Below the pieces are notes generated by a model, which did not search any database, had not been told where the DNA came from, and saw only the letters and a list, made by a program, of their open reading frames with translations. From the NCBI GenBank assembly GCA_963708135.1, contig OY970192.1:1376001-1440000 (forward strand): DNA of 64,000 bases, written 5' to 3'. Of the stretch, positions 1 through 8,936 are shown piece after piece. A program made the translations under genes and the position numbers. This DNA is from an uncultured Gemmatimonadales bacterium (lineage in GTDB: Bacteria > Gemmatimonadota > Gemmatimonadetes > Longimicrobiales > RSA9). Positions within the stretch are counted from its first letter, which is position 1. Each line of letters opens with the position of its first letter.

Positions 1-513
1 GACGTGGGCGACCTCGAGGACGGCACGGCGATCGGCACGGCGATCGCCACGGCCGCCAACCGGCTGCGCAAGGCGCCGGGCAAGTCGAAGGTCATGATCC
101 TCATGACGGACGGAGAGAACAACCGCGGCGAGATCGATCCATTGACGGCGGCCAAGGCGGCGGCCGCGTTCGGCGTGAAGATCTACACCATCGGGGTCGG
201 CCGCGAGGGCGTGGCGCCGATCCCGGTGGCGCGGGGGCTGTTCGGCTACGAGTACGCCAACCTGCCCGTCCACATCGACGAGAACCTGCTGCGCAACATC
301 GCCGGCACCACCGGCGGACAGTACTTCCGCGCGACCAGCGCGGCCGCCCTCGACAGCATCTACCACCGCATCGACACGCTCGAGCGCTCACCCGTCAAGG
401 TGCACCGCTACGTGGACTTCACGCCGTGGACGCTGCCGTTCCTTCTCTTCGCCATGGGCATGCTGGTGGGCGAGTGGGGGCTCAGGGCCAGCCGCTGGGG
501 ACGGGTGCCGTGA
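1..513 (+). CDS. batA: BatA-like VWA domain protein, C-terminal part (5' end outside window)
   Basis: DGTAIGTAIATAANRL..SKVMILMTDGENNRGEIDPLTAA..KIYTIGVG is typical of BatA; C-terminal TM segment; first of the Bat-like genes here. Confidence 0.85.
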   Translation, partial: DVGDLEDGTAIGTAIATAANRLRKAPGKSKVMILMTDGENNRGEIDPLTAAKAAAAFGVKIYTIGVGREGVAPIPVARGLFGYEYANLPVHIDENLLRNIAGTTGGQYFRATSAAALDSIYHRIDTLERSPVKVHRYVDFTPWTLPFLLFAMGMLVGEWGLRASRWGRVP

Positions 514-1589
514 GCTTCGGGCGGCCGGTGCTGCTCTGGCTGGCGCTCGCGCTGCCGCTGGCGCTCGTGCTGGCCGTGCTCGCCTGGCAGCGGCGCAGGC
601 GCGCCGTGGCACGCGCGCTCGGCGAATCCGCGCTCGTCCGCCGCCTCGGGGCGACGGGGATCGACCGCTTCCCCTGGCCGCGGCTGCTGCTGCTGGCGAT
701 CGCGGGCGCGGCCCTCGGCCTGTCCGCCGCGGACCCGCGCTGGGGCACGGAAAGCGTGGAGACCCACGGACGCTCGCTCAGCATGGTGCTCGCGCTGGAC
801 GTGTCCCGCTCGATGTACGCGCAGGACGTGAAGCCGGACCGGCTGGAGCGCGAGCGGATCATGTCGCGGATGCTGCTGCGCGAGCTGCCCGGGGACCGCA
901 TCGGCGTCGTCGTCTTCGCGGGACGCGCCTACGTGCTCTCGCCCCTGACCGGGGACCACTCGGCGCTCGAGCTCTACCTGGATGCGCTCGGCCCCGACAT
1001 GGTCAGCCAGGGCGGCACCTCCCTCGCCTCCGCCATCGGCCAGGCCGTGGACCTCGTGCGCGAGCGCGCCAGCCCCGGCGCCGATCGCGTCGTCGTGCTC
1101 ATGACCGACGGAGAGGCGCTGGAGGACCAGGGGCAGGTCACGGATGCGGCCCGAAACGCGGCCTCTGCGGGCGTGACGATCGAGACCGTGGGGCTCGGCA
1201 CCACGGCCGGCGCGCCCGTGCCGGACGAGGATCCGACCTCCACGCCGCCGCGGGGGTACAAGCGGGATCCGGCAAGCGGACAGGTCGTGATCTCGCGCCT
1301 CGATCCCACGCTGCTGCAGCAGGTGGCGCGAATCACGCATGGAGACTACGTGCAGCTCGAGCAGCCGGGCGCGACCTCGGCGCTGCTGGCCACGCTCCGT
1401 GCCCTGCACCGCAGCGAGGGCCCGGCCGCGCGCCACCTGCAGCAGAAGGAGCAGTACGAATGGTTCGTCGCGATCTCTCTCGCCTGCCTCGCCCTCGATG
1501 CCCTGCTCGGCCGCGTGCGCGCGCGGCGCCAGGCCGCCACGCTGGCGCACGAACGGGTCGCGCCCGAGGCCGCGAGGGGGGAGGCGTGA
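510..1589 (+). CDS. batB: BatB-like VWA domain membrane protein
   Basis: GTG start overlaps batA stop (GTGA); N-terminal BatA-type TM region, MIDAS LDVSRSM, PLTGD, TDGE motifs. Confidence 0.8.
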   Translation: MSFGRPVLLWLALALPLALVLAVLAWQRRRRAVARALGESALVRRLGATGIDRFPWPRLLLLAIAGAALGLSAADPRWGTESVETHGRSLSMVLALDVSRSMYAQDVKPDRLERERIMSRMLLRELPGDRIGVVVFAGRAYVLSPLTGDHSALELYLDALGPDMVSQGGTSLASAIGQAVDLVRERASPGADRVVVLMTDGEALEDQGQVTDAARNAASAGVTIETVGLGTTAGAPVPDEDPTSTPPRGYKRDPASGQVVISRLDPTLLQQVARITHGDYVQLEQPGATSALLATLRALHRSEGPAARHLQQKEQYEWFVAISLACLALDALLGRVRARRQAATLAHERVAPEAARGEA

Positions 1590-2293
1590 GCGTGCGTCGC
1601 CTGCTGCTGCTCGCCTCGCTGGCGGCCCTCGTCGGCTTCGGCATCGGCGACCTCGAGCGCGGCAACCGCCTCTACCGGGCCGGGCGCTTCTCGGAGGCCG
1701 TACAGGCGTACGAGCAGGCGCTGCACGACGGGGGCAGCTCCCCCGAGCTGCAGTACAACCTCGGGACGGCGCTGCTCCAGGTCGGCCGCTATGCGGAGGC
1801 GGAGCAACACCTGCGCGCGGCGCTTTCCGACGTCGATCCGGCGCTGCGACAGCGTGCCTTCTACAACCTGGGCAACCGCTTCCTCACCGATGCGCGCAAG
1901 GCGGAGGCGGGCAAGCAGGCGGGCCCACTCCTCGACAACGCCATCCAGTCCTACAAGCAGGCACTGCGCCTCGCGCCGGCGGACCGGCAGGCCAAGTGGA
2001 ACCTGGAGCTGGCCATCCGCGATCGCGACAAGCAGCGCCAGCAGCAGTCGCAGTCGGGCGGTGGTCAGTCCAACCAGCAGCAGCAGAGCAAGAGCAAGGG
2101 GCAGGGCGGCGGCGGTGGCGGCGCCCAGCAGCAGGGCGGGAGCAGCACGCAGGGCGGCGCGTCCGGCCAGCAGGGGCTGAGCAAGGAGCAGGCGGAGCGC
2201 ATCCTGGCGGCTGCGGATCAGGACGAGCGCCAGCTCTACCGGCAGCGGATGCAGAAGGGTCAGCGGGAGACCCGCGTCTCGCGGGACTGGTGA
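1586..2293 (+). CDS. batC: BatC-like TPR protein with Gln/Gly-rich linker
   Basis: GTGA overlap start; signal-like N-terminus, TPRs (GNRLYRAGRFSEA, YNLGN, AKWNLELA), Q/G-rich tract, LSKEQAERIL..RDW end. Confidence 0.8.
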   Translation: MSVRRLLLLASLAALVGFGIGDLERGNRLYRAGRFSEAVQAYEQALHDGGSSPELQYNLGTALLQVGRYAEAEQHLRAALSDVDPALRQRAFYNLGNRFLTDARKAEAGKQAGPLLDNAIQSYKQALRLAPADRQAKWNLELAIRDRDKQRQQQSQSGGGQSNQQQQSKSKGQGGGGGGAQQQGGSSTQGGASGQQGLSKEQAERILAAADQDERQLYRQRMQKGQRETRVSRDW

Positions 2294-2294
2294 C

Positions 2295-4775
2295 GTGTCC
2301 CGCTGCGCCGTCCTCCTGCTCGCGGTCCTGACTGCGGCCGCAGCCGCGCCCCGCCGCGGCACGGCCCAGCAGGACGACGTCCGGGTCGAGGCGTCGCTGT
2401 CCGAAACGGTGGTCCGCGCGGCCGAGACCTTCACGCTCGAAGTGAGCGTCAGCAGCCACGGCGGCGCGCCCGACGATATCGCGCCGCCGCCGCTCCCCCA
2501 GGGGCTGCAGGTGATCGGGACGCAGGATTTCTCCGAGTACCAGTTCTCCCTCCCGGGCGGCCGCACCCGGAGCGTGCGCCGCCAGTTCCAGGTGCTCGCG
2601 TCGGCGCCGGGCCGCTACGCCATTCCCCCCGTGGCCGTGACCATCGACGGGGTGCGCTACCACACGAACGCGCTGCTGCTCACGGTGAGGCCTGCCGCCG
2701 CGGCGTCGCGGGGCGGCGAGCGGGTGGGCTCGACCGGCCCCGGAGACGAGGTCGTCCTGAACGCCTGGCTCACCCCCGACACCGTCTGGGTCGGGCAGCA
2801 GGTGACCATGCGCGCGGAGGCGCTGTTCTCCGAGGACGTCCGGATGCGGCTCGGCAGCGTGCCCCAGTACCAGGCGCCGACGCCGTCCGGCTTCTGGACC
2901 TACGACCTCGGCGGTGGCGCGGGCGTCGAGCTCCGCTACGTCCACGGGCATCTCTACGAGGTCCAGACGTTCCGGCGCGCCTACTTCCCGCTCAGCGCCG
3001 GCAGGTTCGAGATCCCCCCGGCACAGCTCAGCTACGACGTGCGGCGGGGGTTCCTCGGATCACCCCAGACGCAGGAGCTGAAGAGCAATCCGCTGGCCGT
3101 GACGGTGCGGGCGCTGCCCGACGCGGGCCGGCCGGCCGACTTCGACGGCGCGGTCGGCGAGTACAGCGTGCGCGCCTGGATCCAGCCCGACCGCGTCTCG
3201 GCGGGCGAGGCCGCCACCCTGACCGTGGAGGTGCAGGGCGACGGCAACGTGAAGGCGCTGCCACCCCCGACCCTGCCCGCGCTCGCGGACGTTCAGGTCT
3301 ACCCCCCGACCGAGGAAGCGGAGGAGGACACCTCGGGCGCCGCGGTCTCCGGTGTCAAACGCTTCAGCTGGGTGATCGTCCCGACGCGGGAGGGCCCGCT
3401 CACCATTCCTTCCGTCCGCTACCCTTACTTCGACCCCGCCCACGCGCGCTACGATGTCGCGCGCAGCGGAGCGGTGGGGCTGCGCGTCGAGCACGGCGCC
3501 GCGGTGGCGGCCGCGGCCGGCCCGCTCCAGATCGCGGGACCCGCGCGTCGCCCCGCCGGCGACCCGCTCTCCTGGGTGCGATCCCCACTCTTCGCCATGC
3601 TTCAGGCGACGCCTCTGCTCGCCTTCGCCGGCGTGCTCCTCGTGCGTCGCCGCCGCCGCCCGCGCCGGCCCTCGCGCGCCGAGCTGCGGGGCGGGCGGAT
3701 GCGTGCGCTGGCCGCACTGCGCGAGCGGGACGACGACGGTGACCCGGAGGTGCTCCACGCGCTCGAGGAGCTGCTGCGCGCGCGGCTGGCCGCCTTTCTC
3801 GGGGATGCCGGGATCACCTCCCGCTCCCGCCAGGCACTCCTGCCGGCCCTGGAGGAGGCAGGCCTCTCTCCGGAGCTCGCCGCCGGCGCGGCGACGCTCG
3901 TGGCCCGGATCGACGAGGCGCGCTACCGCCCGGAGCCGCCCGGCGCGGACGAGCGCGCGGCTCTCATCGATCAGGTCGAGCACCTCCTCGAGGAGATCGA
4001 GGGAGGCTCGCCACGGCGCCTCCGCACCCGCGCCGGCGCGGGCCTCGTCGCGGCGCTCCTTCCGACCGCCGCGCTCGCGCTGGGAGGGCTGCGCGTCGCG
4101 AGCCCGGGCCCTCCGCCGGCCGCGGCCGCGGCCCCCGCCCCGGATGCGGCCTTCGGCCGCGGGATCGAGCGCTATGACGCCGGGGCGTACCGCGCGTCAG
4201 CGGCCGAGTTCGGCGCCTGGGTGCGGCGCCACCCGCGGGATGCCGCCGCCTGGTACGACCTGGGCAACGCATGGTACCGGCAGGGACGGCGGGGACGCGC
4301 CGTCTGGGCATGGCTGCGCGCCCTCGAGCTCGCGCCCCGGTCGCAGGATGCCCGCCGCAACCTGGCCGTGGCGGGGGTCGACCCGGCCGTGGTGAGTGCG
4401 GCGCTGCCGGCCGTGCCTCTCTCGCAGCGTGAGCTGCTGCTGCTCGCCTCGCTCGGCTGGCTGGTCGGCGGCTGCGCGCTGGCGGCGTTCGTGCTGCGCG
4501 GGCGCCGCGCCCTCCTCGGCGGCGGCGCGGCGGCGCTGGTGCTGGCCGCCGCGGCGCTCGCGGTGCTCGGCCTGGCCCGCATACGGCCCGACACGCGCGT
4601 GGTCCTCGAGGGGGCGCCGCTTCGCGTCGCGCCGGACATCCGCTCGGAGCGGCGCGGTGCGCTCGGGGCGGGCGCCGCCGTCCGGGCCGTGGAGAGCAGG
4701 GACGGCTGGGTCCGCGTCCGCGCGGGCGCCGGCGTGGAAGGTTGGATGGAATCCCCCGCGCTCGGCTCGCTCTGA
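2295..4775 (+). CDS. batD: BatD-family protein fused to a BatE-like TPR/SH3 module
   Basis: Signal peptide; BatD beta-sandwich repeats (PADFDGAVGEYSV, VRYPYFDP); TM segments; TPR (AWYDLGNAWYRQG); terminal SH3b-like DGWVRV..EGWM. Confidence 0.75.
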   Translation: MSRCAVLLLAVLTAAAAAPRRGTAQQDDVRVEASLSETVVRAAETFTLEVSVSSHGGAPDDIAPPPLPQGLQVIGTQDFSEYQFSLPGGRTRSVRRQFQVLASAPGRYAIPPVAVTIDGVRYHTNALLLTVRPAAAASRGGERVGSTGPGDEVVLNAWLTPDTVWVGQQVTMRAEALFSEDVRMRLGSVPQYQAPTPSGFWTYDLGGGAGVELRYVHGHLYEVQTFRRAYFPLSAGRFEIPPAQLSYDVRRGFLGSPQTQELKSNPLAVTVRALPDAGRPADFDGAVGEYSVRAWIQPDRVSAGEAATLTVEVQGDGNVKALPPPTLPALADVQVYPPTEEAEEDTSGAAVSGVKRFSWVIVPTREGPLTIPSVRYPYFDPAHARYDVARSGAVGLRVEHGAAVAAAAGPLQIAGPARRPAGDPLSWVRSPLFAMLQATPLLAFAGVLLVRRRRRPRRPSRAELRGGRMRALAALRERDDDGDPEVLHALEELLRARLAAFLGDAGITSRSRQALLPALEEAGLSPELAAGAATLVARIDEARYRPEPPGADERAALIDQVEHLLEEIEGGSPRRLRTRAGAGLVAALLPTAALALGGLRVASPGPPPAAAAAPAPDAAFGRGIERYDAGAYRASAAEFGAWVRRHPRDAAAWYDLGNAWYRQGRRGRAVWAWLRALELAPRSQDARRNLAVAGVDPAVVSAALPAVPLSQRELLLLASLGWLVGGCALAAFVLRGRRALLGGGAAALVLAAAALAVLGLARIRPDTRVVLEGAPLRVAPDIRSERRGALGAGAAVRAVESRDGWVRVRAGAGVEGWMESPALGSL

Positions 4776-4833
4776 TCTTGCGCGGGAAGTTCCACCCCCG
4801 CCCGGGCCGGCCGTCTCGACATGTGCGCCGCGC

Positions 4834-4862
4834 TTGACCGGCTTCGCGCCCGCCTGTACTCT
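4834..4862 (+). promoter_or_regulatory. Putative sigma70 promoter of upp
   Basis: TTGACC-17 nt-TACTCT. Confidence 0.5.
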
Positions 4863-4901
4863 CCGCCCCGACAGGCGATCCCCCGGACCCGCGGACCGAC
4901 C

Positions 4902-5540
4902 ATGCGCGACTTCCCGAACCTCACGCTCATCGCCCATCCGCTGGTGCAGCACAAGCTCGCCGTGCTGCGCGACCGGCACACATCGAAGAAGACGTTCCGC
5001 GAGCTCGTGGACGAGATCGCGATGCTCATGGGCTACGAGGTGACGAAGGACCTTCCGCTGGAGACGGTCTCGATCGAGACGCCGCTCGAGCGGACGGAGG
5101 CCCACGTGGTCGGCGGCAAGAAGCTGGTGCTCGTTCCGATCCTGCGCGCCGGGCTCGGCATGGTCGAGGGCTTCCTGCGCCTCATGCCCGCCGTTCGCGT
5201 CGGCCACATCGGCCTCTACCGCGAGCACGACACGCTCCAGCCCGTGGCCTACTACTTCAAGATCCCGCCCGACCCCGAGGCCCGCGACTTCATCATCCTC
5301 GATCCCATGCTCGCCACCGGCGGCTCCGCCGCTGCCGCCATCCAGCAGCTCAAGGACAACGGCGCGTCCCGCGTCCGCCTCGTCTGCCTCGTGGCCGCGC
5401 CCGAAGGGATCCGCCACCTGAACGAGCTGCACCCGGACGTCCAGGTCTTCGCCGCCGCGCTCGACCGGGAGCTCGACCAGAACGGCTATATCCTGCCCGG
5501 CCTCGGGGACGCCGGCGACCGCCTTTTCGGCACACGCTGA
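4902..5540 (+). CDS. upp: Uracil phosphoribosyltransferase
   Basis: [50 protein letters not shown]. Confidence 0.97.
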   Translation: MRDFPNLTLIAHPLVQHKLAVLRDRHTSKKTFRELVDEIAMLMGYEVTKDLPLETVSIETPLERTEAHVVGGKKLVLVPILRAGLGMVEGFLRLMPAVRVGHIGLYREHDTLQPVAYYFKIPPDPEARDFIILDPMLATGGSAAAAIQQLKDNGASRVRLVCLVAAPEGIRHLNELHPDVQVFAAALDRELDQNGYILPGLGDAGDRLFGTR

Positions 5541-5565
5541 GCCGACATCAGGCCGCCGCGGCCCG

Positions 5566-5594
5566 TTGTTCGCCGTCGCTGGCGCCGCTACCTT
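5566..5594 (+). promoter_or_regulatory. Putative sigma70 promoter of tRNA-tatC
   Basis: TTGTTC-17 nt-TACCTT, ending 10 nt before the tRNA. Confidence 0.45.
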
Positions 5595-5604
5595 TCGATC
5601 TCGC

Positions 5605-5678
5605 GGGCCCGTAGCTCAGTTGGTCAGAGCACCGGACTCATAATCCGAGGGTCGCAGGTTCGAGTCCTGCCGGGCCCA
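5605..5678 (+). tRNA. tRNA with CAU anticodon, most likely tRNA-Ile2 (lysidine-modified) rather than tRNA-Met
   Basis: Cloverleaf: acceptor GGGCCCG/CGGGCCC+A, D arm GCTC/GAGC, anticodon loop CTCATAA, T arm GCAGG-TTCGAGT-CCTGC; C4-G69/C5-G68 match TilS determinants; lacks fMet C1:A72 and the three anticodon-stem GC pairs; CCA not encoded. Confidence 0.9.
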
Positions 5679-5711
5679 TGACGCAATCGGGCGCAGTGAG
5701 GCCGTTGGCAC

Positions 5712-6512
5712 ATGACGTTCTGGCGCCGGGGCGGGAAGTCCGACGAGATGCCGTTCCTCGAGCATCTCGAGGAGTTGCGCTGGCGTATCATCTGGAGCCT
5801 GCTCGCGCTCGTGGCCGGCGCCCTCGCGGGCTTCTTCCTCGTCACCCACTTCGACGTGCTCGGGCTGCTCATCCGGCCCGTGCGCCCGTTCCTCCAGGGC
5901 GGCAAGCTCAAGTACCTCGGCCCGGCTGACCCCTTCTTCGTCACGCTGCACCTCGCCGTCATCACCGGCCTGCTGCTCGCGTTCCCCATCGTCGCCTACC
6001 AGATCTGGTCGTTCGTCTCGCCCGCGCTGCTGCCGGCCGAGAAGCGCGCCATCCTGCCCGCGCTCTACTTCGGACTCCTCCTGTTCGCCGGCGGGATGGC
6101 GCTGGCGTACTTCGGCGTGCTGCCGATCGCGCTGCGCTTCTTCAGCGGGTTCCAGCAGGCCGACCTCGAGCAGAACATTACCATCGACGCCTATCTCGCC
6201 CTCGTCCTCAAGCTGCTGCTCGGCTTCGGGCTGGTGTTCGAGACCCCCGTCGTCATGCTCGTGCTCGCTGCGCTCGGGATCGTCACCTCCAGCATGCTGC
6301 GGCGCACCCGGCCCTTTGCCATCGTCATCATCTTCGTCGTGGCCGCGCTGCTCACGCCGCCCGACGTCTTCTCCCAGATGCTCATGGCGCTGCCCCTGCT
6401 CGTCCTCTACGAGCTCAGCATCTGGATCGTCAAGATCACCGAGCGGCGGCGGGCCGCCTCCATCGCCGCCGCTGGCGACGACGAGCCGATCGAGCCGAGC
6501 GGCACCGCCTGA
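5712..6512 (+). CDS. tatC: Sec-independent translocase subunit TatC
   Basis: EMPFLEHLEELRWR, YQIWSFVSPAL, FGLVFETP, AALLTPPDVFSQ, LYELSI; six TM pattern. Confidence 0.97.
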   Translation: MTFWRRGGKSDEMPFLEHLEELRWRIIWSLLALVAGALAGFFLVTHFDVLGLLIRPVRPFLQGGKLKYLGPADPFFVTLHLAVITGLLLAFPIVAYQIWSFVSPALLPAEKRAILPALYFGLLLFAGGMALAYFGVLPIALRFFSGFQQADLEQNITIDAYLALVLKLLLGFGLVFETPVVMLVLAALGIVTSSMLRRTRPFAIVIIFVVAALLTPPDVFSQMLMALPLLVLYELSIWIVKITERRRAASIAAAGDDEPIEPSGTA

Positions 6513-6525
6513 GCCGGTCCCGCCC

Positions 6526-7314
6526 TCAGCCCTCCACCTCCCGGGCTCCCGTCCCCGCCCGCTCCGCGTTCGCCCGCATCGCTCCCGCGACGTACTCCGC
6601 CAGGCCTTCCGCCCGCTTCTCGTAGGTCGCACGGAAGCGCGGGTCCGCCACGTACATTTCGCCCAGCGCCCGGTGCATGGATGGGCTGCACGGATAGAAC
6701 CACCGCTCGATGTGCTGCCGGTGCTCCTCCGCCGCGTCCATCGCCGCCTCGCTCTCCGGCGCCTCGCCCGACGCCTTGATCTCCGCCCAGCGCCCCATCT
6801 GCGCCTCCGTCTCCTCCTTGATCCGGGACCACTCCGCCTTCCCGTAGCCGCGGGTGCGCCGCGCCGACTCGCGGTACGCCTCCGTCTTCCCCCAGCGCTC
6901 CCGCACCTCCGCCTCGTGCTCGCCCGGGTCGAAGCTGTCGAAGCCCTCGAACATGCCGTTCACGTCCATCTCGGTCCCTCCTTCCAGGGTTTCCAGCGTC
7001 CGCTCCACGGCCCGCCGCACCGCGTCGAGTCTCCGGATCCGCTCCTCCAGCAGCGCACGCTGCGACTCCAGCGCCGCCCTCCGCTCGAACGCAGGGTCGT
7101 CCAGCAGCCGCCGGATCGAGTCCAGCGGGAACCCCAGCTCCCGGAACAGAAGGATCTGCTGCAGCCGCGCGAGCTCCGTCTCACCATAGCGCCGGTAGCC
7201 GTTGGCGCCGCGCTCCGCGGGGTGGAGCAGCCCCACCTCGTCGTAGTGGTGCAGCGTGCGCACGGTGACATGCGACATCGCGCTCACCTCGCCCACCGTC
7301 CACGGCCTGCTCAT
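6526..7314 (-). CDS. MerR-family regulator with TipAS antibiotic-binding domain (TipA/Mta-like)
   Basis: WTVGEVSAMSHVTVRTLHHYDEVGLL HTH; EAEVRERWG, HRALGEMYVADPRF TipAS motifs; GGAGG SD before ATG 7314. Confidence 0.92.
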   Translation of the reverse strand: MSRPWTVGEVSAMSHVTVRTLHHYDEVGLLHPAERGANGYRRYGETELARLQQILLFRELGFPLDSIRRLLDDPAFERRAALESQRALLEERIRRLDAVRRAVERTLETLEGGTEMDVNGMFEGFDSFDPGEHEAEVRERWGKTEAYRESARRTRGYGKAEWSRIKEETEAQMGRWAEIKASGEAPESEAAMDAAEEHRQHIERWFYPCSPSMHRALGEMYVADPRFRATYEKRAEGLAEYVAGAMRANAERAGTGAREVEG

Positions 7315-7357
7315 CGCGTCCTCCATCCCGTCCGGCGTTCCCGTGCCCGACCCTCCG

Positions 7358-7388
7358 ATGGTAATACCTCCCGTAACGTGAGGGTCAA
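7358..7388 (-). promoter_or_regulatory. MerR-type promoter with 19-bp spacer and TipA/Mta-like operator
   Basis: Minus strand TTGACC-19 nt-TACCAT; the dyad CCTCACGT-T-ACGGGAGG spans the spacer. Confidence 0.85.
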
Positions 7389-7490
7389 GAGTCGGCTGGC
7401 GCGGCGCGGCGCACATCCGCATCATGCGGGAGCGCGGCCGCGATCCGCGCGCTCCCGTACATCTTCAGTCGGTCCGCACGGAGGTCCTGC

Positions 7491-8738
7491 ATGAGGGCGA
7501 TCCGCACCCGCCTGTCGGCGATGATGTTCCTCCAGTACTTCGTCTACGGCGCCTGGTTCGTCACCATGGCGACGTACCTGACGCAGACGCTGCACTTCTC
7601 CGGCTCGCAGGTGGGTACGTGGGTGTACGGCTCGCCGGCGCTGGCCGCGATCGTCTCGCCGTTCTTCGTGGGGATGGTGGCCGACCGGTTCTTCTCGACG
7701 GAGCGGGTGCTGGCTGTGCTGCACCTGGCGGGGGCGGCCCTCCTCTGGCTGGCCTCGATCCAGACGACGTTTCTGCCGTTCTATCTGGCGATCCTCGGCT
7801 ACACGCTCTGCTTCATGCCGACGCTGGCCCTGACGAACTCGCTCTCCTTCGACCACGTGAGCGACACCGCGCGCGACTTCCCGAAGATCCGGGTGCTCGG
7901 CACCATCGGCTGGATCGTGGCGGGGCTGATCATCGGCGGGATGCACTGGGATGCCACGGTGCTGCCGCTGCGCCTGGGTGCGGTCGCGTCCCTGGCCATG
8001 GCGCTCTACTGTCTGACGCTGCCGCACACGCCGCCGCACGCCGCCGGCAAGCCGCTCGGCGCGCGCGACGTGCTCGGGCTGGACGCCCTTTCGCTGCTGA
8101 AGGACCGCTCCTTTCTGATCTTCGTGCTCGGCTCGTTCCTGATCTGCATCCCGCTCCAGTTCTACTACACGTGGACGAATCCCTTCCTGAACGAGGTGGG
8201 GATGCAGGCGGCGGCGTCGAAGATGACGCTCGGGCAGGTCTGCGAGATTGGCTTCATGCTGCTCATGCCCTGGATGCTGGTGCGGCTCGGGGTGAAGCGG
8301 ATGCTGCTCCTGGGCATGGGCGCGTGGGTGTTCCGGTATGTGATGTTCGCCTTCGGCAACACCGGCTCGCTGGTGTGGATGCTCTATCTCGGCATCATCA
8401 TTCACGGCGTCTGCTACGACTTCTTCTTCGTCACGGGCCAGATCTACGTGGACCAGCAGGCCCATCAGCGCATCCGCGCCGCGGCGCAGGGCTTCATTGC
8501 GCTCGTGACGCTCGGGGCGGGGCAGTGGGTCGGCGCCCTGCTGGCCGGGCCGATCGCGCAACTCTACACGACGACCGGCCCGAACGGCATCCAGCACGAC
8601 TGGCGGGCCATCTGGCTCACGCCCGCCGCCATGGCGGCCGTGGTGCTCGTGCTGTTCGCGATCCTCTTCCGGCCGCGGGCGGCCCGCGCGCCCGTCAACG
8701 GTGCCGTGGGGGTCTCGCCGGTCGTGCCCGCCGCGTAG
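7491..8738 (+). CDS. MFS nucleoside:H+ symporter-family permease (NupG/XapB/YegT-like)
   Basis: [63 protein letters not shown]. Confidence 0.9.
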   Translation: MRAIRTRLSAMMFLQYFVYGAWFVTMATYLTQTLHFSGSQVGTWVYGSPALAAIVSPFFVGMVADRFFSTERVLAVLHLAGAALLWLASIQTTFLPFYLAILGYTLCFMPTLALTNSLSFDHVSDTARDFPKIRVLGTIGWIVAGLIIGGMHWDATVLPLRLGAVASLAMALYCLTLPHTPPHAAGKPLGARDVLGLDALSLLKDRSFLIFVLGSFLICIPLQFYYTWTNPFLNEVGMQAAASKMTLGQVCEIGFMLLMPWMLVRLGVKRMLLLGMGAWVFRYVMFAFGNTGSLVWMLYLGIIIHGVCYDFFFVTGQIYVDQQAHQRIRAAAQGFIALVTLGAGQWVGALLAGPIAQLYTTTGPNGIQHDWRAIWLTPAAMAAVVLVLFAILFRPRAARAPVNGAVGVSPVVPAA

Positions 8739-8765
8739 CCGACCGCGCGCCGGCCTGCTCCGGAC

Positions 8766-8794
8766 TTGCCAGACCCGAGCCCTTGAACCATCTT
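8766..8794 (+). promoter_or_regulatory. Putative sigma70 promoter of the large coiled-coil gene
   Basis: TTGCCA-17 nt-CATCTT. Confidence 0.4.
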
Positions 8795-8936
8795 GGGGAC
8801 GTTGGTTCGCCTCACGGCCGCGCTCGCGGCACGGAGCAATCCTCCCGATGGCAGGTTGCGCACTCCCGCGCGGCCCTCTCCTGCGTTCCCCACCGCACCG
8901 CATCCTGCCCGGGCGTTCCCTCCTTCGGAGCAGTGT

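Noticed and set aside
5605..5711. tRNA as an integration site for the downstream accessory region
   Set aside because: I saw no duplicated tRNA 3' end, integrase or obvious GC shift; the next gene is core tatC
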